From assembly GCF_009914755.1 (NCBI RefSeq), contig NC_060941.1: a stretch of DNA of 64,000 bases, one strand, 5' to 3'. The position numbers and the translations under genes were made by a program. This DNA comes from the human T2T-CHM13v2.0 reference genome, Homo sapiens. The stretch's first letter is position 1. Each line of letters opens with the position of its first letter. The notes under the pieces are model-generated. The model searched no databases and was not told where the DNA came from. It saw only the letters and a list, made by a program, of their open reading frames with translations. Below, piece after piece: positions 1 to 13,697 of the stretch.

Positions 1-277
<277 letters not shown>

Positions 278-610
278 CTACTGGCTGAGCTCTTGCTCAG
301 TGCTTCAATTACTCAGCAGGGAGAGAGATTGTCAGGACAACTCAAAAACTCCAAGGTGCAGTGAAAACCCCACCCAGCCCACCACTGGCCTCTCACCCAC
401 AGCTTCAAAGAGGGAAGGCCAGGGAAAAACCCCACGGTCATTAAATAGATTGTGTTGGGGGAAAGTTATCATTTCGGTAACATCGACGGAAACATCAGGA
501 AATTTCCGCTTCTGAGACACATGATCTCCATCCTTCCTTCCCTCTGGCAACTTCAGGAGCCGCCTCGCCTGTTCCTGACTCAACACCAAAGCTCCCGGCA
601 GATCCCTCAC

Positions 611-653
611 CTTCTTGAAAGCAGCTAGCCCGAGGTCTGACCCGGTATTGATC
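611..653 (-). other. Candidate 43-nt exon (exon C)
   Basis: Minus strand: tttctccggctgcctcctgtctgcacttcag|GATCAATACC...TTTCAAGAAG|gtgagg. Pyrimidine-rich acceptor, near-consensus donor, unique sequence. Confidence 0.45.
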
Positions 654-689
654 CTGAAGTGCAGACAGGAGGCAGCCGGAGAAACCGAA

Positions 690-1030
690 CGAGACTCCCA
701 TAATTACATGGAGATAAGACTATCAGGTGTAATTAAACAGTATCCACAGGCAGACCACTTGGCTACATCCTCCGTCTCTCCCCTCCCTCCTCCTCCTTTT
801 CCCCAGGACTGCAAAATAAATTATCCTGTGAAGTCAGCAGAGGCTGAGCTATGGAAACAATTAAACAGAAATTAAATCTAATTCATTTATACTCTGAGCA
901 CAAGTGGATAATGTAGGTTTTTTTCTCTCTCTCTCCTCTTTTCGCCTTGGTGTTAGAGAGGACTATTATGGGAAATTAATCACGAGACATGGCAGTGAAA
1001 GTGATCTATCACTCTTTCAAGCGCACAGAC
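690..1030. promoter_or_regulatory. Candidate conserved non-coding element / enhancer
   Basis: Repeat-free AT-rich island with many homeodomain-type cores (cataattac, gtaattaaa, caattaaa, ctaattca, aattaatc). Confidence 0.4.
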
Positions 1031-2779
1031 CCACTATATACGATCTATGACAGCAGCTACAAATGTGCGAGTGACACTGTTTGGGAGAAGCGGGCAGGCG
1101 GGGATGGGGGCGCCTCACGGAAGCCCCTGTGATGGCCTGGCCGGGGCCCCAAGTCCTCCGGGTCGGATGGTGCTGGAAAGTGCCTTGTACACGAGTTTCC
1201 CTGGGCTTGCTTAGGTGTCTCCAAAGCCTGGCTCATACCCACGTGGGGGAAACACTGTAATCCCTGAAGGCTGGGGGAGCTGGGGCCTGGACGGCTGTGG
1301 GGAAGCCTACTGGATTTTTCTCCCACCACTGGAAGGGCAGGCCTGGCGGAACAGCCCCTGGGAGGAGGACCTGCAAGAACAAGCCAGGCCTCAGGCTCCC
1401 CGTGCAAAACCGGGGTTGAGGCCCCCTTGCCGTGCCTTCCCTAACAGAAGCAACACGGTGCAGAGTAGGGGTCAAATGAGCAAACCCACAGGAAGGCATT
1501 GAGGAAGGAAAGCCGCAGAGTGGTGTCTAGCTCTGGGCCCACAGAGGCTCGCTCCAGCTTTCCTGCTTTCAAGAGAAACAATTTGGAAAATTGTTTTCCC
1601 GTCGTAGGGAGGGTGGAGATGGCATAAATAGAACATTTCCTCCAAATGAAGGGAGGGCCGAGGCGGCCACGGCCAGGAACGGCCAGAAGGAGAAAGCCAG
1701 CCATCGCGGGAGACGCGTCTTCAGGATGCTGTACCCGGGAAGCACCAAGAGAAGCCCGGGGCTGGCAGCTCCCCCTAAGGCCTGGGGACACCGGGCCCCC
1801 GAAACAGATGCTCCGGAGGTAAACCAAGGAGCTGGGGAAGCCCGAGCTTTGAACTCAGCATAAAAATCGGAAGAAACAAAGGCCAGTTTCTATTCTGCTT
1901 CTCTCTTGAAGGGCAGGCAGCCCTCTCGGCAGATGGGGCCATCCCTGGGAGCCTGCACACCCCACGCCCCCACCCCCAGGGCTCACACTCCCCACAGAGT
2001 GCTCCTGCCATGCTCTCAAGGAAGCAGAGCAAGAGACCTGCCAGTGACGGCAAGCAAAGGTGTGTCCTGCAAGTCCTAAGCCCTCTGGCCCTGGAATGGC
2101 CCCGGCTTTGCAGCCCACCCAGCTCAGAGGTGGGACCGAGCTAGCCAGGACCAGGGTGGGTACGGGGAACAGAGCCCCTCAAGAGGGAGGAGGCCACAGC
2201 CCTGCTTCCCTGCTGAGAGGAGACGGCTCCCCACCCGTCCCCTCCCCTTTACCTGTCCTGTCCATGCTGTCAGGATCACAGCATCCATCATCACACTGTC
2301 AAGCGTCAGTCTTACCTGGAAGGTTTGGCCCTTGACCCTGGCTCCTGGGAGGTCACCCCTAAGCCCTTGGAGTAGCCTGCCTGAAAGAGCATCCCTGTTT
2401 ACCTCGGGCCCCACCATGTCAGCTTGACCCTTGGAGTGGCTGGAGATTGAGGTCAGCACCTGGGTGGTCAGTCACGTCTCCATGACTGAGACCCAGTAAA
2501 ACTCTGGACACCAGGGCGGGGGTGAGCGTCCCTGGCTGGCAACACCCATATGTGCTGTCCCGCATGGCTGCTGCGAGAGGACCAGCAGAGCTCCTGGCTG
2601 GTCCCCGGGACCCTGCCCTGCCTCTGCGCTGCTCCCCATGGCTGGTTTTCCTCTGCATCCGTTCACTAGAATAAGCTGTCACCTCGAGGATGGTGGCTGT
2701 GCCGAGTTCTGAGTCCTAGCAACCCTCAACCTCAGTGGTCCACAAAGCCCGTTGAAAGTCACCAAGCCAGGTCTCCCCT

Positions 2780-2840
2780 GTGCAGTCGAGGACACCGAGG
2801 CCCAGGCTTGAGTGAATTGCCCAAGTCATGCAGCTCCATG
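2780..2840 (-). mobile_element. MIR core fragment
   Basis: gaggacaccgaggcccagg...gaattgcccaagtcatgcagct resembles the antisense MIR core. Confidence 0.55.
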
Positions 2841-3884
2841 GGTGAGGGGGCTGGGACCAGTGTCCCTCCCAGCCTTGCCCCGCCTCCTCCCCTGTGGAGT
2901 GGGGCTCACCGGGCAATGTGTCAGCCAGTGGCAGTGTGACAACGCCCCAGGCGGGCAAAGCAGGTGACGAGGCAGCAGGGCAGGAGACAGCAGGGGTGGG
3001 ACGCAGGCTGCTCCCCGTCAGCCGGAGACTGGGGACGTGCAGGGCAGCTGCCAACCTGCATCTCCGGGGACAGCAGTGAGGACTAGAAGGAGCATGTCGG
3101 GCCAAGGCAGGGAGCAGCCTGGAGCTGCAGCTGAGCGAGCTGCCCTCCTGTGCGCACGTGCCAGGGTCCAGGGGTCAGGTGCCAGGAACACAGGATGCGC
3201 ATTAAAACCCCAGCCCATACTCCCGCACCCAGACACACACGTTCCCACACCGCCTGCCCCCTGCCACCAGCCCACCAGCCGTCTCCCTCTGCTCTGCCTC
3301 ATGCACAGGGCCAGAGGCCTAGAAGTGATTAATGTCCTCGGCCACCTGAGCCTGACATCTCGGCCTGGGGACAGCCGGCGCCACCCTGCAAAGAGGCCAG
3401 CACCTGCCACGGGGCCTCAGGCTGGCAGAGCACAAGGGTGGGGTTCGTGTTGGACTCCCCTCCAGGGCGGCAGGGAAAGAGTCGGGCCCTCCCGGCTGGC
3501 CGGGTGCCACACAGCCTCCCCCGGCAGACACACTCGCACACAGCTTCCAGACTGGCTTCTATTTGAAGTCGCCCCATGCTGCAAGAGGTCCCCACCAGAT
3601 CCAGCTACACGAATTATAGTCCTCAGAGCAAAATGCAACTGGGAGGCCCTTGTTTGAATCTCACAATGGTGACGGCAGAGCACTGAGCCAAGCACAAGCC
3701 CTCCCGAGCAGGGAGCACACGGGTGAAGCCAGCTTGGCTCTGCTGCCAGCGCCACTCCTGGCTGTCTGGGAGGGGCCGGAAGACACGCAAAGAGGATGGG
3801 GGGCATGAGAGACACAGCTTGTCCCCCTTACACCAGGTAAAGCCAGGCACCTGCTTTACCACAGTGACCACAGCAATGCACCAG

Positions 3885-4535
3885 TACATACAGGCATGCA
3901 CAGACACACACAGATACACACTCACGCTCAGACACACACACACACATTCTCATGCCCAGGCACACACACACTCACAGACACACGCACAGACACATGCACA
4001 GACACACTCACAGATACACACACATGCTCAGACACACACATTCATACACACATTCACACACTCACACTCAGACACAGATGCAAACACACTCAGGCACAAA
4101 CTCACATACACAGACACACACATACCCTCACAGACTCACACTCTCATACACACATAGGCACAGACACATACACAGAGATACACACATTCAGACACATTCA
4201 CACACACACGCAGATATATACTCACAGACACATACGGATACATTGACAGACACACATTCACACACACACTCATGCACAGAAACATACTCCACAGACATAC
4301 ACATTCACATGCAGACACGTGTAGACACACACACAGACATACTCATATACACTCACACACAGATACATTCATGCATAGACATATGAACTCACAGACACAC
4401 TCATACTCACACACGGAGACACACTTATACATTCACACAGGCACACACACACACATATACATACACAAATACATAGACGCACACACAGACAAGTGTGGAC
4501 ACACAAAAACACACAGTCACACATGCACATACATA
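3885..4535. repeat. Degenerate (CA)n simple repeat, about 650 bp
   Basis: Continuous acac/acat/acag runs; source of the H/T-rich spurious ORFs. Confidence 0.95.
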
Positions 4536-5249
4536 TCCTTAAGACACTTTTTTGCTAAATAAATTTTATCTCGGCTCATTCAAAGTCCTAGATAACTGTG
4601 TAGCCTAACTAATGTCCATTGCCAGTGAAGTGGACATGGGAGTTTTTCAGTGAAGTCGGTGGCTCAGGACTCAGGGCCAGAGTGAGCGGCAAAGGAGGGC
4701 TCTGCTGCTGCTCCCGCTGCTGGTGACAGGCTGACCTTCACCCGACGGAATCTTGGACCAGTGCAGGCCACACTGGAGGGGAGACCCTGGAAAAACTCGG
4801 GCAACTGGAATTGCTCCTAAAATGTGTGGTTGCCTCTAATGCTGAAAAACTGTTTTCACAGCACTGTGTGAGCTCCTGAGCAGCTCCCCACTCTCCAAGT
4901 CTCCACCTTTGAGGAGCTGGTTCTCTGGTGCTGTTTTTCTGGAATGTTCCCTGCCATTATTTTTCTAGAAATTGCTCTAACCCAGAGGCCCTGTGTCATG
5001 CTGTCTTCCTAAAGGCAGCCCTGAGCCTTAAGTCCACCAGTCTCTAGAGATTCTCTCCCTCCTCAAAAACCATCCTCAGGAGCTAGAGGCCCCCAAACTT
5101 CACGTCCAGACACAAACTCTCCTGCTGGCACCAGGGCTGGAGGCCTGAGGGGCCATCCCCACCGCACACCACCCCTGAGCTAACTTTTACCCAACTCCAA
5201 CTATTTTCAGGGTACATTTGGGTGTTTTGAGAGATCCTTAGTTGTATTA

Positions 5250-6045
<796 letters not shown>

Positions 6046-7312
6046 AAAGTTTAAATGTCTCAAGTGTGGAACTGAACTTGCCTAAATGTCACCAGTCACC
6101 ACCAAACCCCACTGTGTTTCAAGTGTTCAGAGGGCGGGAAACGGGCTGGAGGGAGGAGAGGTCCTTCTGTGCTCTTAGACACATCCCTGAAATGTTGACG
6201 AGGAAGCTTCCGTGACTCTTCTTGCGTTCCTCATGGTGAGGAGACCCAGGTCCTCAGTGGTGACTTTCTATTTTGAGTTCTGTTGTCCCTGGTGAGCCAC
6301 CAAAGAGAGGATGTGATCAACGGCCCCATTGGTTCATGGACAGAGAGTTACTGAGCCTGGTGGAGCTTCAGGTGAACACGCAGCTGCCAGGATTCCGGTG
6401 AGGGATAAGGCAAGCTGCCTGCCCTCGGGACTCACAACCCCGTGGGGTAGAAGGAGATGGGCAAACACAAATTAAACACAAGGTGATAAAACGCAAAACG
6501 AATAAAAGGCGAACCTTGTAAACTAGCCAGCACATTTTGAGTGGTCCTTGATTTCAGAAGGTAGATAAGAGTTCGGTGTCCTAATACCTTATCCCCCACA
6601 GCCTCTCCACACCGTGTATCTCAGTCTCCCCTGGCCACCTCGGTGGCACTGGAAAACGGGGCCAGACTTTCACAGCCTCAAGTGGAGGTTCGGGTTTCTG
6701 TCCTGCCCTCATGACCCTCTTGTTGTTCTTCCCTTCTGGCAGTCAGTTTTCCCATCATTAAAGCCAGGGAGTTGGGTTAAATGGTCCTTAAGATCCCTTT
6801 GAAGTCCCGCATTCTATGATTGAGGACCTTTGAGTTTTCCTCCTGAGAGAGGATTCCAGGATCACAGAGCATTCTGAAAATAAAATAATCCTGCTCCCCA
6901 TTTGGATAAAACAATGAGTTTGGCAAAAGGGTACTGCAGACAACAATGTTTGGGCAGGCTTACCAACACACAGTAGACATGCTGCAGGTTCAGAGCCATT
7001 TCCCTGGAACCAATATTTACAAACACTGTCTCAGCATTCAAGCAGGCAAACAGCTTCACAGGAGTTTAACGGAGACCTCTCCTCCCCCAGCTTAATGGAG
7101 GCAGCCCGCTCTCTCTTCGGCAACCTCCCAATGGTTTTAAAGAGGAAAAACACCCACACCAAAACACACCTTCACTCTCACGGCGGGCATTTAGGCTAGC
7201 TCTGGGATTTCACTGCCAGATGACTACCTTGAATCTGTGGCAGCATCCCCCTCCTAGGAGGCCAACCTCAGGTTGTGGAAGCTCTTTCCTCCCTCTACCA
7301 ACAACGTGCAGA

Positions 7313-7432
7313 ACTGGGGGCTGGATTCTGCTGCCCCTGGCTGTGCTGGGAGTGTGGAGCAGGCACGGGCACTGGGGGTTAGATCCTGCTGCCCCCGGCC
7401 GGGCTGGGAGCGTGGAGCAGACACGGGCACTG
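7313..7432. repeat. 58-bp tandem duplication (2 copies)
   Basis: actgggggctggattctgctgcccc...gcacgggc at 7313 recurs, diverged, at 7371. Confidence 0.9.
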
Positions 7433-7459
7433 CATCTTCCAGCACATGGCTCTGCCGTG

Positions 7460-7623
7460 CAGCAGGTTTGTAAATGGAGCCCTAGTTTGCAGAGCACCTC
7501 GAACATGGCATCATGGGTGGGTTCAAGCCGAATGAATATGCCTCCGCCCCACAGCAGGTGTAAAGGGAGCCCCAGTTTGCATAGTGCCTCAAACACAGCA
7601 TCATGGGTGGGTTCAAGCTGAAT
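7460..7623. repeat. About 73-bp direct repeat, period about 92 bp
   Basis: cagcagg...gtttgca...catcatgggtgggttcaagc.gaat at 7460-7533 and 7552-7623. Confidence 0.9.
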
Positions 7624-7825
7624 CTCCCCAGGCCCTGTTTGGTTCTGTCCCACCGAGTGCTTAAGATCTCCATGATTCCATAATTGGCTAACAAGGATTC
7701 TTGCATATTATTCACTGTCAGAGAGCAACACCCTGCCATGTTCCTCTAAGCATATTGCCCTCAAGGGCTCTGGCATAGAAAGAGACCAACCATGTCTCCC
7801 AACCTTTCGGGGTGCCCTGTAAACC

Positions 7826-8033
7826 AGAGTTCGGCACTGTTGACATTTGGGGTGGGAGAGTTCATTCCTAGTTGTGGGGCCGTCCTGTGCATTGTGAGGT
7901 GTGGAGCGGCGTCTCTGGGCCCCTCCCACTGGACACCAGGAGCACCCCACCTCCAACGGAGAAAATGCAAGATGTCTCCAGACATTGCCAAATGTCCCCC
8001 CGGGGCAAAATCACCCCCTAGTTGACAACCCTG
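7826..8033 (-). mobile_element. MER20 (hAT-Charlie)
   Basis: ggcactgttgacatttgggg...atgtctccagacattgccaaatgtccccc...ggcaaaatcaccccctagttgacaacc. Confidence 0.9.
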
Positions 8034-10665
8034 CCATAAACTAAAGCACCACAGGCACATCATGGGGCAAGAATCACCATTCTCCTAAAAAAGAGTAAGC
8101 CAGAGACCAGGGCCTCTTGTACTCATTACATGGAGTCACCAAGTTACAGGTGAGTTTGCCAAAAAGTGAGAAAGACTGGTCTTCAATTCCCTGGAAATGC
8201 TTCCCAGTCTTCCCGGAGGGGCCAGCTGCCAAAATCAGCTGGATTTCTATAACACTGCACTCTCTCTCACCCCCATTCTAGAATTATCTGCACCTCTGTA
8301 AAGTTTCTATAATCACATACGTGTAATCAAATCAAAGCTATTAGGCTTGCCAGGAGCTCGATGTCTAAAGGAACATTGCTGGAATTCCTTGGGTAGTATA
8401 TTAGAATTCCAATCACCATCATCTATTTTTTCTAAGCTTGGGTTTTTGTAGAGGAAAGTTGTTTCCTTGTTTGAGTATATATTCTATGAGTACATTTTAA
8501 TTCAAAAGGGATCAAAACATTTTTTCTTTAGAATTTCAACCTGTCTCTTGTGATAACTGGAAAAATGCTGGAATCCCCCAGCCAGGATGGGAATCGCTGA
8601 CCTACAGCCTGCGAGGAAAGCCCGAGAAAAGTGGCTGGATTCAGTAGGACGAGCTGGCTGTGGAGACAAGCCACCGCCACCCCCGACGGCCATTGGCTCT
8701 GCTGCGGCTCAAAGGTTTGCCTCCAGGCTGCTTCCAGGTTGGGGTACACCAGGGGCACTGACACCACCCAGCCACAGTGCAGGAGACTGAGCCAGGAAAG
8801 GAAGTCCATGCAGCCAGCACTCAGCCATCTTACCTGGAGGTGACGCCAACACTGCCAGTCACAATCCCTCAGGGAGAGCTAGCAAGTTGTGTGGCCCCAC
8901 TTAGGAGCAATGGAGGCAGCACCATGAGGGGAGTGTGACTCTCAGGTGGTCACCCACAGAGGCTCAGCCAGAGCGGCCCTGAACCCTGCCTGGAGGAGCC
9001 ACCCAGAGGCAGCCCCCACATGATCATGAGGAAGCCAGCCTCATCTACGAAACGGGACCAGGCGTTGAGCCAAGTGGCTTCCTTCCCAAAAGAGAAGAGA
9101 ACCCAGGATAGTCATCATGCATTTTGTCACCTATCACACGATCCTAAATCCTAGGGAATTTCTGCAAGGCTGTGCCTCCGCCACTGACAAACAGCGAGGT
9201 CAGGACAGTGGCCTGAATGCCCCGAGTGGTCCCCGGACGCACTCTTGGACCAGGTCATGAGATAGGAAGTATCCTGATCGGTAGCAAGGGGTCAGAGCAG
9301 AGGACGGTGGGGTTGGCAAAGGGAAAAACCACAAAGGCAATAGGGGAAGGGCACCACCGTCCCAGACAAACCAAGTCCTGCTGGCTGGATGTGAAATGGA
9401 CATGAGCACTCAATTCCGTTGCCCTGGCACATGGAGTTTGAAGGGTCATGGCATGGCTCAGATGAACCAGGCAGGCCTCATTCTCTGCAGAGAGTTTTGT
9501 ATAGACAGTGATTCACCTTGCACCTTCCCGTTATACCCACTTTGGGTGAGGGAACTGAGTGTATGAGAGGGTTTGGAAAAAAACCATCGTGTGACACCAG
9601 GTCAGCCCCCTCCTGCTCTTAGCTCTGCAGCCAGCCACGCTGGAGGCTTCAAGGTAACCAGACACAGAAGGACCCTACAGCTGGAAGACTCACAAGTCAC
9701 CTGTCAGCCCCATGACCAGTGGCCAATCCCCCAGGTCAGGCATCTGCCTCTGCCCCCACCCTGGGCAGCCTGAGCTCCACCTCTGTCCTCCTGGCTGGAT
9801 CCTATCTTCTCTTCCCGCCACTCTGAGCTACTCGTGCCTCTAGGCACAGAAGTACCTCCCTGTCACCCGCCCAGACAAAGGAGAATCCTTTAGCTCGGCT
9901 TGGTCTCCTGTCTGCACCTGCGGATGCAGAGCACGCCTGCCACCTCTTCCCTGCCAGGAGCTTCAATTCAGTTGGCTGGAAGCTAAGCCCTTCCTTTTCT
10001 TTCTTTTCTCTCTTTTCTTTCTCCAATTGCCCTTCTAGGAGAGAGAAGAAAAGCCAGGTCTTTTTGGAAACGCCCATCCTGCCACTGCATATAGAAGATC
10101 CACCAGCGTTGAAATCTCAACACTAAAAAAGAACCTGGGGGAGCACGGTTCCGCAGCTGTGCCTGGTACTTCTGTGCTCAGCTACTCGATGGGCTTTGTG
10201 CCCTCTCCTGGCCAACTCCCTCCCCCACCAGCTTTGTCTCTCTCGTGTCTATTTTAGTGGCTGATCAGTGTGCCTCTGTTTCCCAACCCAGGGCTTACGC
10301 ATGTGTATTTCTATACATTATTCCCTCCACGGAGGCTTCTGAGCCATGAAAATGGCTCCTTATGCAAATCAAGGGCTCCTCCATCTGCTTCCGATATCCC
10401 CCACTTCCCCTTCATAACCTGTTTGAGGGGATGCGGTACAGGCAGCAGATGATGCAACTTTATTTTTGTAAACCCAGTTGGTCCTGGAGTGCTGGCAGCC
10501 ACAATAATAGGAGAGCATGCCTGTTGCTGCCTCTCAGTGAGAAACCAGCCAGGAGGGCCTCCTGGGGCAAAAGGGAAGGGGCGGTTCGGGGTCTCAGCAA
10601 AGAGGCCGATGGAGTCCTTGCCCTCTCCGCTCCTTAACACCTTCCTCTTTCTGCCGAGTCAGGGC

Positions 10666-11545
10666 TTGCTGTGGATTGAATTGTGCCCACCACCAAACAA
10701 AAGACACGTCAAAGCCCTAACCTCTGAGTACCTCTGAGGAGAATCTTAGTTGAACCACTGAGTACCTCTGAGGAGGATCTTAGTTGAAACCCTGAGGTAT
10801 CTCTGAGGAGAATCTTAGTTGAACCTCTGAGGTATCTCTGAGGAGGATCTTAGTTGAACCTCTGAGGTATCTCTGAGGAGAATCTTAGTTGAACCTCTGA
10901 GGTATCTCTGAGGAGGATCTTAGTTGAACCTCTGAGGTGTCTCTGAGGAGGATCTTAGTTGAAACTCTGAGGTACCTCTGAGTAGGATCTTAGTTGAACC
11001 TCTGAGGTGTCTCTGAGGAGGATCTTAGTTGAAACCCTGAGGTACCTCTGAGGAGGATCTTAGTTGAAACTCTGAGGAGGATCTTAGTTGAACCTCTGAG
11101 GTATCTCTGAGGAGGATCTTAGTTGAAACCCTGAGGTACCTCTGAGGAGGATCTTAGTTGAACCTCTGAGGTGTCTCTGAGGAGGATCTTAGTTGAACCT
11201 CTGAGGTACCTCTGAGGGGGATCTTAATTGAACCTCTGAGTAACTCTGAAGAGGATCTTAGTTGGAGACCGGGTCTTTGCAGATGTAATTAAGTTGGAAG
11301 TTAAGATGAGGACATTTTGGAGTAGGGTGGGCCCTACATCCAATATAACTGGTGTTGTCCCAAGGAGAGGAGGGGATGCAGAGACACATGTATCGGGGAA
11401 GGCCGTGTGAAGATGGAGGCAGAGGCTGGAGTAAGGCAGCCACCGTCACGGAGCACTGCGGGCTGCTGGGAGCCACCAAAGCCAGGAAGAGGGGAGGGAG
11501 GACTCTCCCCTAGAGTTTTCAGAGGGAGCACGGCCCTGCGACACC
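10666..11545 (+). mobile_element. MLT1C-like MaLR LTR containing a VNTR
   Basis: Start tgtggattgaattgtg; after the VNTR it resumes gggtctttgcagatgtaattaag...gtgaagatggaggcagaggctggagt...cccctagagttttcagagggagcacggccctgc. Confidence 0.88.
10719..11262. repeat. 35-bp minisatellite, about 16 copies
   Basis: Unit aacctctgaggtatctctgaggaggatcttagttg; one shortened unit near 11070. Confidence 0.97.
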
Positions 11546-11844
11546 CTCCCCTCGCAGGGGATGACCGCCCAGCAGCCCCTCCCATCTCACAGGTGCTGTT
11601 GTGACTGGGACAGTGTCTGTCTTCACTCTGCACCGCCCCTCAGTTCCTGCTTCAGGGCCTCAGGGTATGTGCTCAAAACATATTTGGCAGAATGAAGGCA
11701 GAGTGTTAAGTAACTGTTCCCACATAACAGCACAGCAGCCTCAGGTAGAGGTGGGGACATGGAAACACACCTCCATGTGAATGGATGCTATCTCTTGTGA
11801 GATCTCATTTAACACCGGAAGGACACTACTTACATTCCAGTCTG

Positions 11845-11930
11845 AAGCTGCATTCCCCTGGTGAAGGGTACCCAGGATTCCACGCACTTTTGCAACTTTC
11901 TATGAGCCTATAGTTATCGCAAAACAAAAG
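11845..11930 (+). mobile_element. Old L1M 3'-terminal fragment
   Basis: ggtgaagggtacccaggattcc...ttttgcaactttctatgagcctatagttatcgcaaaacaaaag. Confidence 0.55.
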
Positions 11931-12514
11931 CCTGGGGGATGGGGGTGCATTTTCTTTTTGTTTTGACAAGAGGCTGTAAAGCCCAGCAAAGGTTGACCCA
12001 TCCCCCCACCGCATCACCCATCACCCCACCGCATCACCTGATCCTGAAAGTCCAGAAGACAGGGTTTGAATTCCCAGGAAGGAAAGCATTTAGGGAGAAC
12101 TGTCCCTTCTAGTCCTATGTTTTCAATCCTCCACGGAACCAGTTGCATGGCTCACAGCAGACAGAGGGAGACTGGGGTGCAGGAGTGGGATGCGTGCAAA
12201 GAAGCGGCTAGCTAAAGTGGGGGCGGGGTGGCTGGCCAGCAGCATGGCACCCCGGGAGGGAGGTGGCTGATCCTGCAGTGAGGAGGCATGAGGGGCCCTG
12301 CCGAGGCCCCAAGAGGGAAGAGGATGCTTGTGTGAGGTCAAGGGGTAGAGGACACAGTCTGTGGCAGAGGGAGAACTGGTACCACTAGCCCTGGGGACAC
12401 CGCTGAGATGATGCTGAGGTCTGGGCATGCTCCAAGGCAGAGGAAGGAGGGAGAGTGAGGAAGGAAGGGTCGAGGGCACTGCTCATCCTGCCCCCGTCCC
12501 CTGAGGCTCTAGAA

Positions 12515-12751
12515 GAGGGGCTGGCAAACTCCGGCCAGGGCCAAACCCAGCTCCCCCAGTTCCCCCAGCTCACCACCTGTGCTTGTGAACAACATGTTGC
12601 TGGGACCCAGCACGCTCCTTCACGTTCATCCATGGCTGCCTTCCTGCTGCATGGCACAGCCACGTGGCTCTGAGAGGCTGAGACCATCTGGCCTGCCAGG
12701 CCTGGAATATTTACAACCTGGCCCTTGACAGAAGAAGTTCGCCGACCCCTG
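12515..12751 (+). mobile_element. MER58A (hAT-Charlie)
   Basis: TIR-like ends aggggctggcaaact...aagttcgccgacccctg; internal aatatttacaacctggcccttgacagaa. Confidence 0.85.
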
Positions 12752-13600
12752 CTTCAAATCATCTCCGCCATGGAGGAGCCAGCGTGAACTTCCACAAAGC
12801 CTGGATGGAAGGGGCTTTTTAATGAGATGAGGCAGCATCGAGCACAGCCCACAGAGAGGAGGAATCGGCAAAGTGAGTTTTCTTCGTTCTCACCCTGGAG
12901 AAAACCTCCAGCTGTGCACCACGGAGAGAGTGGACTTTGCGGGGGCCAAGCTGGGGTGAGGCACCTGCCCTGTTATCAATTTAAAGTTGTATTTTCAAAG
13001 CAGGGATGTTGTCATGCTGTGGCAGAATTGTCCTGATCACCCTGGCCCTCGTCCCTCTGCGAATAAATCCCCCACGCATGGCACCATCCACCAACAGAGC
13101 GTTCTTGCCCAAATCTGCCAAAGAGTATGAAATGCGTAAGGCCCAGAGCCGTGCCTCCTCCGCCTTTGTGCCGCAGCCCTGGGCTCAGCGACAGCTCACC
13201 CGGGGCCAACTGATGGTAGTTTACTTTGAGGCCGTGATGGAATCCATCCACAAAAATTCAGCACCAAGAGGCAGCCCAGCCCTGCAAGCCAGACCACAGA
13301 GACCAGAGGGGAGGATGGCCGCCCCAGCAGTTCCCTTGATCAGCGCCAGCCTGTGTAGGCCCTGGAGCTTCAAAGATGAATGAGACTCTGCTCCAGCCCT
13401 CGGGTGCCTGCAATAGGGCTGCAGAAACCATGAAGAAGCCCAGACGGGACAATCACCACAGTGTGATGTTCTGGGGAGGTGCCCACATGCCGCGGGACCA
13501 CAGAGGACGGAGCCTCCGGGAGCTTCCAGAGCAGCTACTCCAAGGCCGTCTATACTGGGAAAGGGGGTCTGTTTGCAGCAGCGGATTCTAAGTAACTCAC

Positions 13601-13697
13601 GTTGTAAATATTCCAGGCCTGGCGGGTTAGACGGTCTCGGCCAGTCAGAGCCACGTGGCTGTGCCGTGCGGCAGGAAGGCCGCCGTGGATGGACGTG
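13601..13697 (-). repeat. Inverted copy of 12621-12717 (MER58A-derived)
   Basis: Reverse complement matches 12621-12717 ungapped at 85 of 97 positions. Confidence 0.9.

Noticed and set aside
10719-11262. CRISPR-like appearance of the 35-bp array (also the 37-bp array at 37012)
   Set aside because: Units are directly adjacent with no unique spacers, there are no cas genes, and the DNA is primate.
13257-13277. REST/NRSE-like TTCAGCACC
   Set aside because: Only the left half-site matches; GGACAG is not present at canonical spacing.
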